Assembly (NCBI GenBank): GCA_903885605.1
Contig: CAISJD010000022.1
Coordinates: forward strand, 6,437 to 70,436
Source: an uncultured Chthonomonas sp.
Lineage (GTDB): Bacteria > Armatimonadota > Chthonomonadetes > Chthonomonadales > CAJBBX01
DNA length: 64,000 nt
Reading direction: 5' to 3'
Under the pieces are notes generated by a model. The model was not told the DNA's origin and made no database searches. It saw only the letters and a list, made by a program, of their open reading frames with translations. Positions within the stretch are counted from its first letter, which is position 1; every line of letters starts with the position of its first letter. This document shows, in pieces, positions 56,129 through 64,000 of the stretch. Position numbers and translations under genes: made by a program.

Positions 56129-57799
56129 CTACCTCACCCGGTTTCCCGCGCTCGTCACGTCGCTACACTGCTCCAGCTTCACCGGCTCTGCACCTTTCGG
56201 CCCGACGGGCTTGGTCACGCGGTTGCCCTGCACGATGAGGCGCTGCGTGCTGGTGACGCGGATGGCGGGCATGGGACTGTCGGCGATGCTGTTGCCCTTG
56301 ATGACGACATCGCGGTGCGCGCCGGCGGGCGCTGTCCTGCCGGCGCCGCCCTGCGCCTCCACCACGATAGCGGCGCCCCCGCAGTCGGTGATCGTGTTGC
56401 CGGCGATCCGCACGCCGCAGGAGCTACCCGCTTCCAGCCACCAGTACTCCGGCGAGACGAGGATCGCCGCCATCCAGCCGCCCGTGATCCGGTTGCCGAT
56501 CACCTGGCCGTCGCTCGCTTTGATCAGGATGCCCCGCGAGCGGTTGAAGCCGAAGTCGCAGCCCGACACAAGGAAGCCGTTGCCGATGCGCTTGGCGCAC
56601 GCCATGACGGATCCCATGGGCATCTCGACGGCCCTGTCGAGCGTGACGACCACCGCATCGGTTAGGCGCCGGGATCGGATGTCATCGTTCATCGCCTGCC
56701 GCATCAGGAAGGCCCGCTCCTCGGCGGAGATGCCTGCCGCCGGTGCACAGGCGGTCACCGTCGCGTCGGGCAGGCGCACGCCCTCATAGGTCACCAGCTC
56801 CACAGGCTCGCCCACTCGCGGCGCGGCGCCGTTGAGCAGGACCCGGAGCTTCGCGCCGGAGCAGGCCGTGACCATGCTGTACGATCCGTGGATGTTCACG
56901 GCATCGTCGCCCATGAACCGAGCGGAGCAGCCGATGATGCTCGGCCCCTTCGTGGAGCCGATGCTGTGGAAGGCGTCGGCGTTCAGCGACCGGATTCGCG
57001 GATCGGCGCGCTTGACCAGGTCCTGCGCAGGCGGACGCCGGTCGATGCGGCACTCACGATACGTGTTTCCGTCGCCTTCCAACTCCAGGACCCCGAAGCA
57101 GTTGGACGCCCAGACCGTGACGCGTGTCAGCTCCACTGCGGTACACCGCTCCACCGTCACGGCGTGGGGGATCGAGCCGCCCGGTGCGTGCTCGGAGGCA
57201 ATCACGACGATATCACCCACCTTCTCCGGGTCGGTCGGCGCTCCGCTTCCCTTGGTGACGCGGATGTGGCCTGGGTCGATGACCTCGACGGCGCTGGGGT
57301 AGTAGGTGAGCCGCATCTCGGCGTCGCACCGCAGGAGGCGCATGTCGGGCCGGTAGATCTCATACTTGAAGTTGCGAACCGACGCCGCGTCCGGGAATCC
57401 GTCGAACAGCGCGATGGTGTGCTCCGACCTGTCCGGCGAGATCGCGGTGATGCGGCCCTGGGTGTACGGGAGCGGATCATAGTCGATCGTCAGGCCCTGA
57501 AGCTTGACGCGGGCGCAGTCAACCACCTGCAGCGCCGCCGTGGTCTCGGTGCAGATCATCTCGACGCCGTCGGCAATGATGGTGACGTCCTTCAGGCCTG
57601 CCAGCCGCAGGTGGACCCTGTCGTGCGGTGTCGCCCGGTACCGGCCCGGCGGCACGGTGATCCGCCTCCTGCCGGCTTTCAGCCCTTTGTCGATGAAGGC
57701 CTGCAGGTCGAAGGGCTTGCCGACCTGGGCCTCCGCCGCCGACCCGACGGCGCCGAAGGAGAGCAGCGCGACTGCCAGTCCGAATAAGCGCATGTTCAT
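56129..57799 (-). CDS. secreted right-handed beta-helix protein
   Basis: Signal peptide MNMRLFGLAVALLSFGAVGSAAEA. Beta-helix coil repeats (GNTITDCGGAAIVVEA, IKGNSIADSPMPAIRV). ATGA overlap with the upstream gene (57796-57799). Confidence 0.65.
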   Translation of the reverse strand: MNMRLFGLAVALLSFGAVGSAAEAQVGKPFDLQAFIDKGLKAGRRRITVPPGRYRATPHDRVHLRLAGLKDVTIIADGVEMICTETTAALQVVDCARVKLQGLTIDYDPLPYTQGRITAISPDRSEHTIALFDGFPDAASVRNFKYEIYRPDMRLLRCDAEMRLTYYPSAVEVIDPGHIRVTKGSGAPTDPEKVGDIVVIASEHAPGGSIPHAVTVERCTAVELTRVTVWASNCFGVLELEGDGNTYRECRIDRRPPAQDLVKRADPRIRSLNADAFHSIGSTKGPSIIGCSARFMGDDAVNIHGSYSMVTACSGAKLRVLLNGAAPRVGEPVELVTYEGVRLPDATVTACAPAAGISAEERAFLMRQAMNDDIRSRRLTDAVVVTLDRAVEMPMGSVMACAKRIGNGFLVSGCDFGFNRSRGILIKASDGQVIGNRITGGWMAAILVSPEYWWLEAGSSCGVRIAGNTITDCGGAAIVVEAQGGAGRTAPAGAHRDVVIKGNSIADSPMPAIRVTSTQRLIVQGNRVTKPVGPKGAEPVKLEQCSDVTSAGNRVR

Positions 57800-59178
57800 T
57801 TGCCCTTCGGGCGCTTGCCGGAGCGTGGCTTGGCGGGCGACGCCGCCTTCGGCGCGGCGGGGAGGGTCTCGATCAGGTTGCCCGATACGACCTTGCGGCA
57901 CTTGGGACCGGCGTTGTCGCGGATCGGCGGTGTGCCGGAGAGCGTGTTCGACGTGACGAGGTAGGACTCCACGCCGGGCTCCACGAGGATCGCCGGCCAC
58001 CCTTCGGCTCCGCGCAGCAGGCACCCGCGGATGTTCGCCCGGGTGGCGCCCCGCAGCAGTCGGATCGCCGGCGCGCCGCCCACCACGTGGCAGTCCGAGA
58101 TCGTCAGGTTGTTCCGCAGGTCGGGCTGCCAGATGTCGTGCTTGATGCCGTACTCGATGCCGCGGAAGGGCTCGCCGAACCCGCGCACCGTGATGCCGCT
58201 GATGTAGGCGTTGTAGCCCAGGCAGTCAGCCGCCACGCGCACGCCCACGCCGCCCTTGGTCACCAGGATGTTCGTGGACGAGAGCGCGATGCTGCAATGC
58301 CCCTCGAACACGAAGCCCTCCTGGACCGCCTCGACCCAGCAGTTGCTGATGTGGTAGCCCAGCGAGATGGTCCACTTCTTCTGGCCGTCGGCCCGGTCCT
58401 CGAACGGGAGCTGCCGCAGGAAGGCCTTGCCGCCGATCATGAAGCAGTTCGTCATGATGACGCCGTCCTGCCGGCCGAACTCGAAACCGACCCGGTTGGC
58501 GTTAAAGTACTCCGGCTCGGTCCCTGCCGGCGCCACACGCGAGACGAACCAGTGGATGTCTTCGAACCGGCTGACGTCCGCGCCGCCCGACAGGTGGAAG
58601 CCCATGTGGTGCACGAAGCCGGTAATGTCGCGGAAGAGGCTCTGGCCCGTGTTCGAGCCGCCCGGCGCGCTGGAGATGCCCATCCACGCGCCGTCGAAGA
58701 CGATGCTCTCGATCCCCACGTTGCTCCCGAGCAGCTCGATGGCGGCCGGGTAGCGCTCGGGCTTCCGCGTGTTCAGGTTGTCCGGGTAGAGGATGGCCAG
58801 CCCCTTCAGGCCGCAGTAGCTGCTGAGCCGGAACGCCGGCCCGGACTTGTGGCGCACCAGGACCTTGGTGACGCTGCCCTCCCAGGCGGCCCCTTCGCCC
58901 TGGATGCGCACGAAGTTGGGCAACTCCACGGTCCCGGTCAGCACGTAGCTCCCCGCAGGCACATTCACGAGGCCGCCCGCCGCGGGCAGCGCCGCCACAG
59001 CCTGCCTGAAGGCCGCGGTATCGTCGCCCGCACCGTCGCCCCCGGCGCCGAAGGCGGCGACCGATACGCTTCGCGCGGGTTCCAGGAGCTGCGCGGCGGC
59101 GTGGCGGTTCGGCCAGGCGGACAGGATCGCCGCCACGGCAAGCGCGGTCATCAAGGAGATGGATCGAGTGCGGCGCAT
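57796..59178 (-). CDS. secreted beta-helix protein (pectate-lyase-3-like N-terminus)
   Basis: GGAGGA RBS and signal peptide MRRTRSISLMTALAVAAILSA. VSVAAFGAGGDGAGDDTAAFRQAV...VNVPAGSYVL is typical of the fold. Confidence 0.65.
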   Translation of the reverse strand: MRRTRSISLMTALAVAAILSAWPNRHAAAQLLEPARSVSVAAFGAGGDGAGDDTAAFRQAVAALPAAGGLVNVPAGSYVLTGTVELPNFVRIQGEGAAWEGSVTKVLVRHKSGPAFRLSSYCGLKGLAILYPDNLNTRKPERYPAAIELLGSNVGIESIVFDGAWMGISSAPGGSNTGQSLFRDITGFVHHMGFHLSGGADVSRFEDIHWFVSRVAPAGTEPEYFNANRVGFEFGRQDGVIMTNCFMIGGKAFLRQLPFEDRADGQKKWTISLGYHISNCWVEAVQEGFVFEGHCSIALSSTNILVTKGGVGVRVAADCLGYNAYISGITVRGFGEPFRGIEYGIKHDIWQPDLRNNLTISDCHVVGGAPAIRLLRGATRANIRGCLLRGAEGWPAILVEPGVESYLVTSNTLSGTPPIRDNAGPKCRKVVSGNLIETLPAAPKAASPAKPRSGKRPKGK

Positions 59179-59276
59179 GGTTGGGCCTCCTCCGGTCGCC
59201 GGGTCCGACACCACAGCGCCGCATGAACCATAGCATAAGCTGCGGTGGGCGCGCCCAGCGACACCGCGCCCACGCA

Positions 59277-59304
59277 GGAACCGGCCGCCTCGGCGGGGAA
59301 CTTG
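59277..59304 (+). promoter_or_regulatory. promoter-like motif GGAACC-N16-AACTTG, 5 nt upstream of ATG 59310
   Basis: Divergent intergenic region with no Shine-Dalgarno before the ATG. Same geometry as 40932-40959. Confidence 0.3.
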
Positions 59305-59309
59305 CGGGC

Positions 59310-61967
59310 ATGAACACTCGCATCCTCGCGGCGCTGGCCGCCTTGCCGCTCTGCCTGCCCGCCCTGGCCCAGCAGGCCGCGGCGCCCGCTCCGGCCGCCA
59401 TCCGCGCCTACCCGATCCATGCCGACGGCGGCCTGGTCTACACGCCGCTCTCCGACGAGGCACGCCGCACCGGGGCCCTGGCCCGCTACGATTGGGCTCC
59501 CCGGCGCACGGTGGTCGCGAAGCTGGGCGGATGCACGCTTACGGCGGCTGTGCCCGTAGCCGCCCGGCCCTACGACGTGGTCCCCATCCCCTACACGCTG
59601 AGCTGGCAGGGCGAGCCCGCCTTCCCGCTGGCCGCCGAGGCCGTGGCGTTCGAGGATGAAGCCCGACGCAAGGGGCGCGACCTCTTCGACCTGGCCCTGC
59701 CGGGGCGGCTGGACCTGAAGGTGAAGTACCTGGGCTCCATCACCGGCCACATGAAGCCCGGTGGACGCCACAACCTGAAGGCCGACAACAGCGACAAGCC
59801 CGGCGTCTACCCGCCCTTCACGCGCAGTCCCATGGTCCGGTCCGGCGTGGTGGAGGCGGGCGACATCCTCTGGTTCCGATTCCGGGTGACGAACACCGGC
59901 GACACGATCCTCGATCCTGAGGGCTTCGGCGGCTGGGGCCTCTACCCCGAGCTTCAGCGACGCAAGGGCGATAAGTACGAGTATTACAGTCACCACTATA
60001 ACCTTTACATCCGCGACAAGCAGGCGCTTTACCCTGGGGAGAGCCGCGACTTCTGGGTGAACTTCACGTCGGACCGGACCACGGACTCCTACCGGATCGA
60101 GCCCGGCGACTACCGCATCGACTTCCGCTCCTACTTCCGCTTCTACCGCGACTGGAACGACTGGGTAAACATGTGGGAGGGGGCATGGATGACCCTCGCC
60201 CAGATGCCCATCACCGTGGCCGACCAGCCCCGCCAGGCGCCCGTGGAGCCGCTGAAGGTGACCATGACCGACGCCGGCGTGCCGAACAAGCTCACCCGGT
60301 ACATCCACACCTTCCAGGAGTTCATGACCACCTTCGACGCGTGGCAGAAGCCGCCCGCTTCGGGCAGGCGCTCGGTGCAGGGCACTCTCTACCTGCAGGT
60401 CGCGCCCTGGACCCGCCACGTGGTGCTGAAGCTCGTGGCGGCCGGCCCGGTTCGCTGCAAGACGGTGGCCGTGCCGATCCTCCTCGCGGGTGGCCTGCCG
60501 ACGCTGAAGCCCAACCTCCACGCCGCCAACTGCATGGTGGAGAAGGGCCGCCGCGTGCCTGCGGTCTACTCGCAGCTGATGTCCGACATGCGCGCCAACA
60601 TCCAGACGAGCCCCACGCCGGAGACGCAGATCATCGCGGACATCCGGCGCATGAAGGAGTGCGGCATCAACGTCTGCGCCACCACGGCCATGCCCTGGCT
60701 CTACGCCGATGCGGGAAGCCCGCGTGAAAACCACCCCGGCGACGCCATGAAGTACTCGCTGGACGTGGCCCGCCGCGAAGGCATGAAGCTGGAGGCCTGG
60801 GGTAGCTACCCCTATGACCGCAGCACCGTGGCCGACATCTACAACTGGGTCACCGGCTCGTCGCTGAAGATGAACACCTACATGACAAACGGCTACCCGG
60901 CCGTGAGCCATGCCGAGCCGGCCATCGCACGCGCCAACGCCGCCATCTGGCTCTACCAGTTCCGGCGCTGGGGCGACGGCTACGCGCAGTTCGAGAACGG
61001 CGCCATCCCCTTCGGCACTGAGGATACGCGGGGCTGGATGCGGCAGGACGTGCACACCCGCTTCCCCCTCGGCGACCTGACCAAGGGCGCATTCCGCACC
61101 TGGCTCCGGGATCGGTACCGGACCGTGGAGCGCATGAACACGGCGTGGGGCTCACGCTTCGAGGACTTCGACAGCGTGGACCCCGAGGCCGGCGCGGCAG
61201 TGAACATGTTCGGCCACCGCTTCGAGTATCTGAACGCGGCCAACCTGTTCCATGACTGGAGCCCGGCCATGGCCGACTACGACGCCTTCCGCACCTGGAT
61301 GCGCTGCAAGAACTACGCCGAGTCGCGCGACATCATCCGCAAGGTGGTCCCGCAGGCCGCCATGTTCCTCCGCACGGAGGGCGCCAACGCGATCGTAGAG
61401 GGGCTGAGCCCGGCCGATCCGAACCCGCACTACCGACACGCCTACTACAGCCAGCGCCGCGTGGCAGCTGAGGCCGAAATGATCCGGAAGTCCGGCGCCT
61501 TCGCCTACCACTCCGACTACATCACGCTCCCCTACACGCCGTCCGAAGTTCGCAAGCTCACCGCCATGGGCGTGAAGCAGGGCATCGTGCCGGCCTGGCT
61601 ACCGCAGTTCGACAATATGCGCGACATCGCCGTCAACGAGAAGTACGGCACCGACTACACGGTTAACTTCAACGCCGACCGCCCCGTGAAGGGAGCCATG
61701 ATGCACGTGCTGACGGCGGTCTACCCCTGGTTCCAGGCTGTCTCCGAGGCCGGAGGCATTCCCGGCATCCTCTGGGACGACCTCCAGTGCGACGGCTTCG
61801 CCACCGAAACCCAGCAGCGCGAACTCCTCCTCTTCAAGGCCGCTATGGCCCGCTACCTGTCCTCGCCCGCAGGCCGCAAGGCTGCGGCCACGGGAGTGCG
61901 GAAGCCCGACCGATCATGGCTGAAGCAGGTGACGCCGAAGGCCTGCTACACGCTGCCCAGGGGCTGA
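59310..61967 (+). CDS. large secreted protein, GH42-like (beta-galactosidase-like) TIM-barrel candidate
   Basis: Signal peptide MNTRILAALAALPLCLPALAQQ. AFRTWLRDRYRTVERMNTAWGSRFEDFDSVDP resembles the GH42 hallmark region. The assignment is tentative. Confidence 0.5.
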   Translation: MNTRILAALAALPLCLPALAQQAAAPAPAAIRAYPIHADGGLVYTPLSDEARRTGALARYDWAPRRTVVAKLGGCTLTAAVPVAARPYDVVPIPYTLSWQGEPAFPLAAEAVAFEDEARRKGRDLFDLALPGRLDLKVKYLGSITGHMKPGGRHNLKADNSDKPGVYPPFTRSPMVRSGVVEAGDILWFRFRVTNTGDTILDPEGFGGWGLYPELQRRKGDKYEYYSHHYNLYIRDKQALYPGESRDFWVNFTSDRTTDSYRIEPGDYRIDFRSYFRFYRDWNDWVNMWEGAWMTLAQMPITVADQPRQAPVEPLKVTMTDAGVPNKLTRYIHTFQEFMTTFDAWQKPPASGRRSVQGTLYLQVAPWTRHVVLKLVAAGPVRCKTVAVPILLAGGLPTLKPNLHAANCMVEKGRRVPAVYSQLMSDMRANIQTSPTPETQIIADIRRMKECGINVCATTAMPWLYADAGSPRENHPGDAMKYSLDVARREGMKLEAWGSYPYDRSTVADIYNWVTGSSLKMNTYMTNGYPAVSHAEPAIARANAAIWLYQFRRWGDGYAQFENGAIPFGTEDTRGWMRQDVHTRFPLGDLTKGAFRTWLRDRYRTVERMNTAWGSRFEDFDSVDPEAGAAVNMFGHRFEYLNAANLFHDWSPAMADYDAFRTWMRCKNYAESRDIIRKVVPQAAMFLRTEGANAIVEGLSPADPNPHYRHAYYSQRRVAAEAEMIRKSGAFAYHSDYITLPYTPSEVRKLTAMGVKQGIVPAWLPQFDNMRDIAVNEKYGTDYTVNFNADRPVKGAMMHVLTAVYPWFQAVSEAGGIPGILWDDLQCDGFATETQQRELLLFKAAMARYLSSPAGRKAAATGVRKPDRSWLKQVTPKACYTLPRG

Positions 61968-62239
61968 CGCACGGAGGAGAAGACGACGGGCGAAGCGTTC
62001 GCGTAGCGGTTCGTCCATCTCGTTCGGTCGAACCCGCGCGGACGGAGGGATCGCCACCACCTCCCTCCCGGCCGCACGGCGGTCGCTGTGCGCGGCTCGA
62101 AGCTGTGCCGAGGTGAGGAGCATTCGGGCCACGTCGTTCATGCCCTCACCGACCCCTCTCCCAGCGCACCACGCCATAGCGGCCCCGGGCTCGGTGGCGC
62201 TGGAAGAGGGCGAACGGCAAGCGTCAAGCCTCCTCGGCG

Positions 62240-63079
62240 CTACGCCGCCTCGACGACCGCCTTCGTCTTGCTCAAGCCCTTGCTGGCTGCCTCCAGGGGT
62301 TCCATGCGCCAGTAGGCCTCGCTGAAGAGCTCCACGGAGAGGGGGCCCTGGAAGCCGATCTCGCCGAGTATGCGCATCACCTTCGCCATGGGCGCCACGC
62401 CGTCGCCGGGCCAGACGCGGTCTCCGTCGCCGATCTTTGCCCGGGGCGGGTCGGCGGGGTAGTCGTTCATGTGGAAGACGCCCAGCGCACCGCCATTGAT
62501 CGTCCGGAGGCCGTCGAAGGGCGAGCCGCCCTTGTAGAGGTGGTAGACGTCAGCCAGGATGCAGGCCTTTGGGTGGCCGGACATGGAGGCGGCGTAGGCG
62601 GCCTCGCCCAGCTTGCCCAGCGTCTTGGAGAAGCCCCAGACCTCGACCTGCGGCGTCACACCGGCGGCATCGCCGATCTCCAGGATAGCGCGGTAGCGCT
62701 CGGCGACGGCGTCCAGGCTCATGCCCGCCACATCCACGGCGCCCATGGCCGGCGCGGCGATGCGGGTGCCGCCGATCTTAGCGATGAGGTCCATGTCGCG
62801 CTTCATCTGCTCCAGGCCTGCCTTGCGCCTGGCCGGGTCGTCCACCACCCACTCGGCGAACCCGATGGCGCTCTCCACGGTGAGGCCCAGGTCGACGATG
62901 CGCGCGGCGATCTCGGGCAAGCGGCCACCGGCCTTCTGGAAGCGCTCCACCTCCTCAACCCAGGGCTCGATGGCCTGGTAGCCCGCGCGGGCGGCCACTT
63001 CCACGATCTCGGGCAGGTCGAGTTTCTGCCCCCGAATGGTGCTCGTGTTCAGGCAGTAACGGAACGTGCCGGCCTCCAT
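62240..63079 (-). CDS. sugar phosphate isomerase/epimerase (xylose-isomerase-like TIM barrel)
   Basis: GGGAGG RBS. MEAGTFRYCLNTSTIRGQKLDLPEIVEVAARAGYQAIEPW, plus VFHMNDYPA. Confidence 0.8.
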   Translation of the reverse strand: MEAGTFRYCLNTSTIRGQKLDLPEIVEVAARAGYQAIEPWVEEVERFQKAGGRLPEIAARIVDLGLTVESAIGFAEWVVDDPARRKAGLEQMKRDMDLIAKIGGTRIAAPAMGAVDVAGMSLDAVAERYRAILEIGDAAGVTPQVEVWGFSKTLGKLGEAAYAASMSGHPKACILADVYHLYKGGSPFDGLRTINGGALGVFHMNDYPADPPRAKIGDGDRVWPGDGVAPMAKVMRILGEIGFQGPLSVELFSEAYWRMEPLEAASKGLSKTKAVVEAA

Positions 63080-63248
63080 GGCTACATCCTCCCGGGCAAA
63101 CGGTCTACGGGACGCCGCATGGGGCGCCCCGCGCGTTATGCTACAGCTTACCGGGCTTTGGCCGGGTTCTCCATGCCCCCCTCTGTCGCTCACGAAGTGA
63201 GTGACTTGGCCTTCCCGCCTGCGTGATGGAGGCCGTCAGCGTCATCGC

Positions 63249-64000
63249 CTACCTCACGCGCACGCACCCTACGTCGTAGGGGCCGACCTCGCCGGTGATT
63301 ACGGCTATTCCGCCTTGCCTCCGCGCCTGCGCCGGGACGCCGCGCCAGAGGTCGTCGATGCGGGCGGCGGGGGAGGCCGGCAGGGCGAGCAGCTCCCCGC
63401 GCAGCGTGGCCGGCGTGGCGTTGTAGAACGTGTAGATCGTCTCGCCGCCGAGGCGGAAGCGGTTGGCGTAGAGGCCCGGGCGTAGCGTGGGGACCAGCGG
63501 GTCGGCCCGGCCGAGGCCGAAGGTGCGGCTGTGGCCGTGCAGGATAGCGTAGCATCGGCGAATGGCGGCCCGCGTTTCCGGCGCGAACCACTCCGCGGCG
63601 GGGCCTTCCAGCCAGAGCGCCTCGCCGTTGAAGAAGGCCTGCTTGACGCCCGTGGCCCAGGAAGCGGTGGGTTGGTCGCAGTAGAGGATCTCGATGGTCT
63701 TGAAGCCGGGCAGGCAGAAGCGCGCGGCGTTCAGCGGGACACGGGTCACGGTGCCGTAGGCCTGGTTCATGGCGTAGGTGAAGGAGCCGTCCTGCATCTC
63801 CGAGTTCACATCGACGGGCGTCTCCTCGGAGTAGATGGCGACCCCCGGACCCACCGCCCGGCGGATGCGGGCCAGCATGCCGCTCTCGGCGGTCACCGAG
63901 TAGCTGGGCACGGCGTGGCCGTGGTTGGGCGCCCAGCAGTCCTTGCCCACGTCGCCGAAGCCGAACTCATCGACGTACATGCCGTTCGGGCCCAGGTTCG
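63249..64000 (-). CDS. partial gene (N-terminus off the right edge), paralogue of the C-terminal domain of the 13589-17008 protein
   Basis: The frame stays open upstream of the listed ATG to base 64000. Aligned blocks (this gene vs the 13589-17008 protein): GMYVDEFGFG..CWAPNHGH vs GIRLDEYGHMGWACFSPAHRH; IYSEETPVD vs LTTEHPGYD; GLYANRFRLGGETIYTFYNAT vs GVYVNRFTAGAKTLYHVYNAT. Confidence 0.6.
   Translation of the reverse strand, partial: NLGPNGMYVDEFGFGDVGKDCWAPNHGHAVPSYSVTAESGMLARIRRAVGPGVAIYSEETPVDVNSEMQDGSFTYAMNQAYGTVTRVPLNAARFCLPGFKTIEILYCDQPTASWATGVKQAFFNGEALWLEGPAAEWFAPETRAAIRRCYAILHGHSRTFGLGRADPLVPTLRPGLYANRFRLGGETIYTFYNATPATLRGELLALPASPAARIDDLWRGVPAQARRQGGIAVITGEVGPYDVGCVRVR

Noticed and set aside
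1-64000. Search for CRISPR arrays, tRNA, rRNA, tmRNA and tandem repeats
   Set aside because: By eye I saw no regularly spaced short repeats, no cloverleaf-compatible conserved tRNA boxes in the intergenic gaps, and no rRNA-like low-GC conserved blocks. A computational scan (tRNAscan-SE, Infernal, minced) would be needed to be certain.

Overview
High-GC bacterial chromosomal segment (about two-thirds G+C by eye), densely coding on both strands. I can support about 45 protein genes. I found no rRNA, tRNA, CRISPR array, transposase or integrase. All family names come from motifs I recognise in the translations, since no searches were possible. Because of the high GC, most long ORFs in the track are antisense or out-of-frame shadows, so I chose one frame per locus and refined many starts using RBS, signal peptides and ATGA/GTGA overlaps.

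Most of the window encodes secreted carbohydrate-degrading machinery:
- two GH78-type rhamnosidase-like proteins
- three right-handed beta-helix proteins
- two formylglycine-type sulfatases
- a DUF1559 (H-x9-DG) prepilin-like protein
- several very large uncharacterised secreted proteins
- LacI and AraC regulators

Other content includes an ABC/FtsX/LolA-like/outer-membrane cassette, a CHASE2-type class III cyclase, a non-Pyl MttB homologue, an AsnB-like protein, VapBC and TspO. The DUF1559, sulfatase and TAT-signal mix suggests a PVC or Armatimonadota-like lineage, but that is inference only.

The stand-out feature is a 5.3-kb insertion at 41940-47272, bracketed by 118-bp direct repeats (113/118 identical). 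The repeats duplicate an ATGA-coupled junction between an EEP-family gene and a NIPSNAP gene. The insert carries a kinase(Zn-ribbon/FHA-like)-vWA(TerY-like)-PP2C triad of the TerY-P/yegI-K-L type. Downstream of the triad are an unrecognisable ORF and a strongly AT-shifted cassette encoding a small multi-pass membrane protein. I regard this as a candidate extended defence or stress-signalling island.
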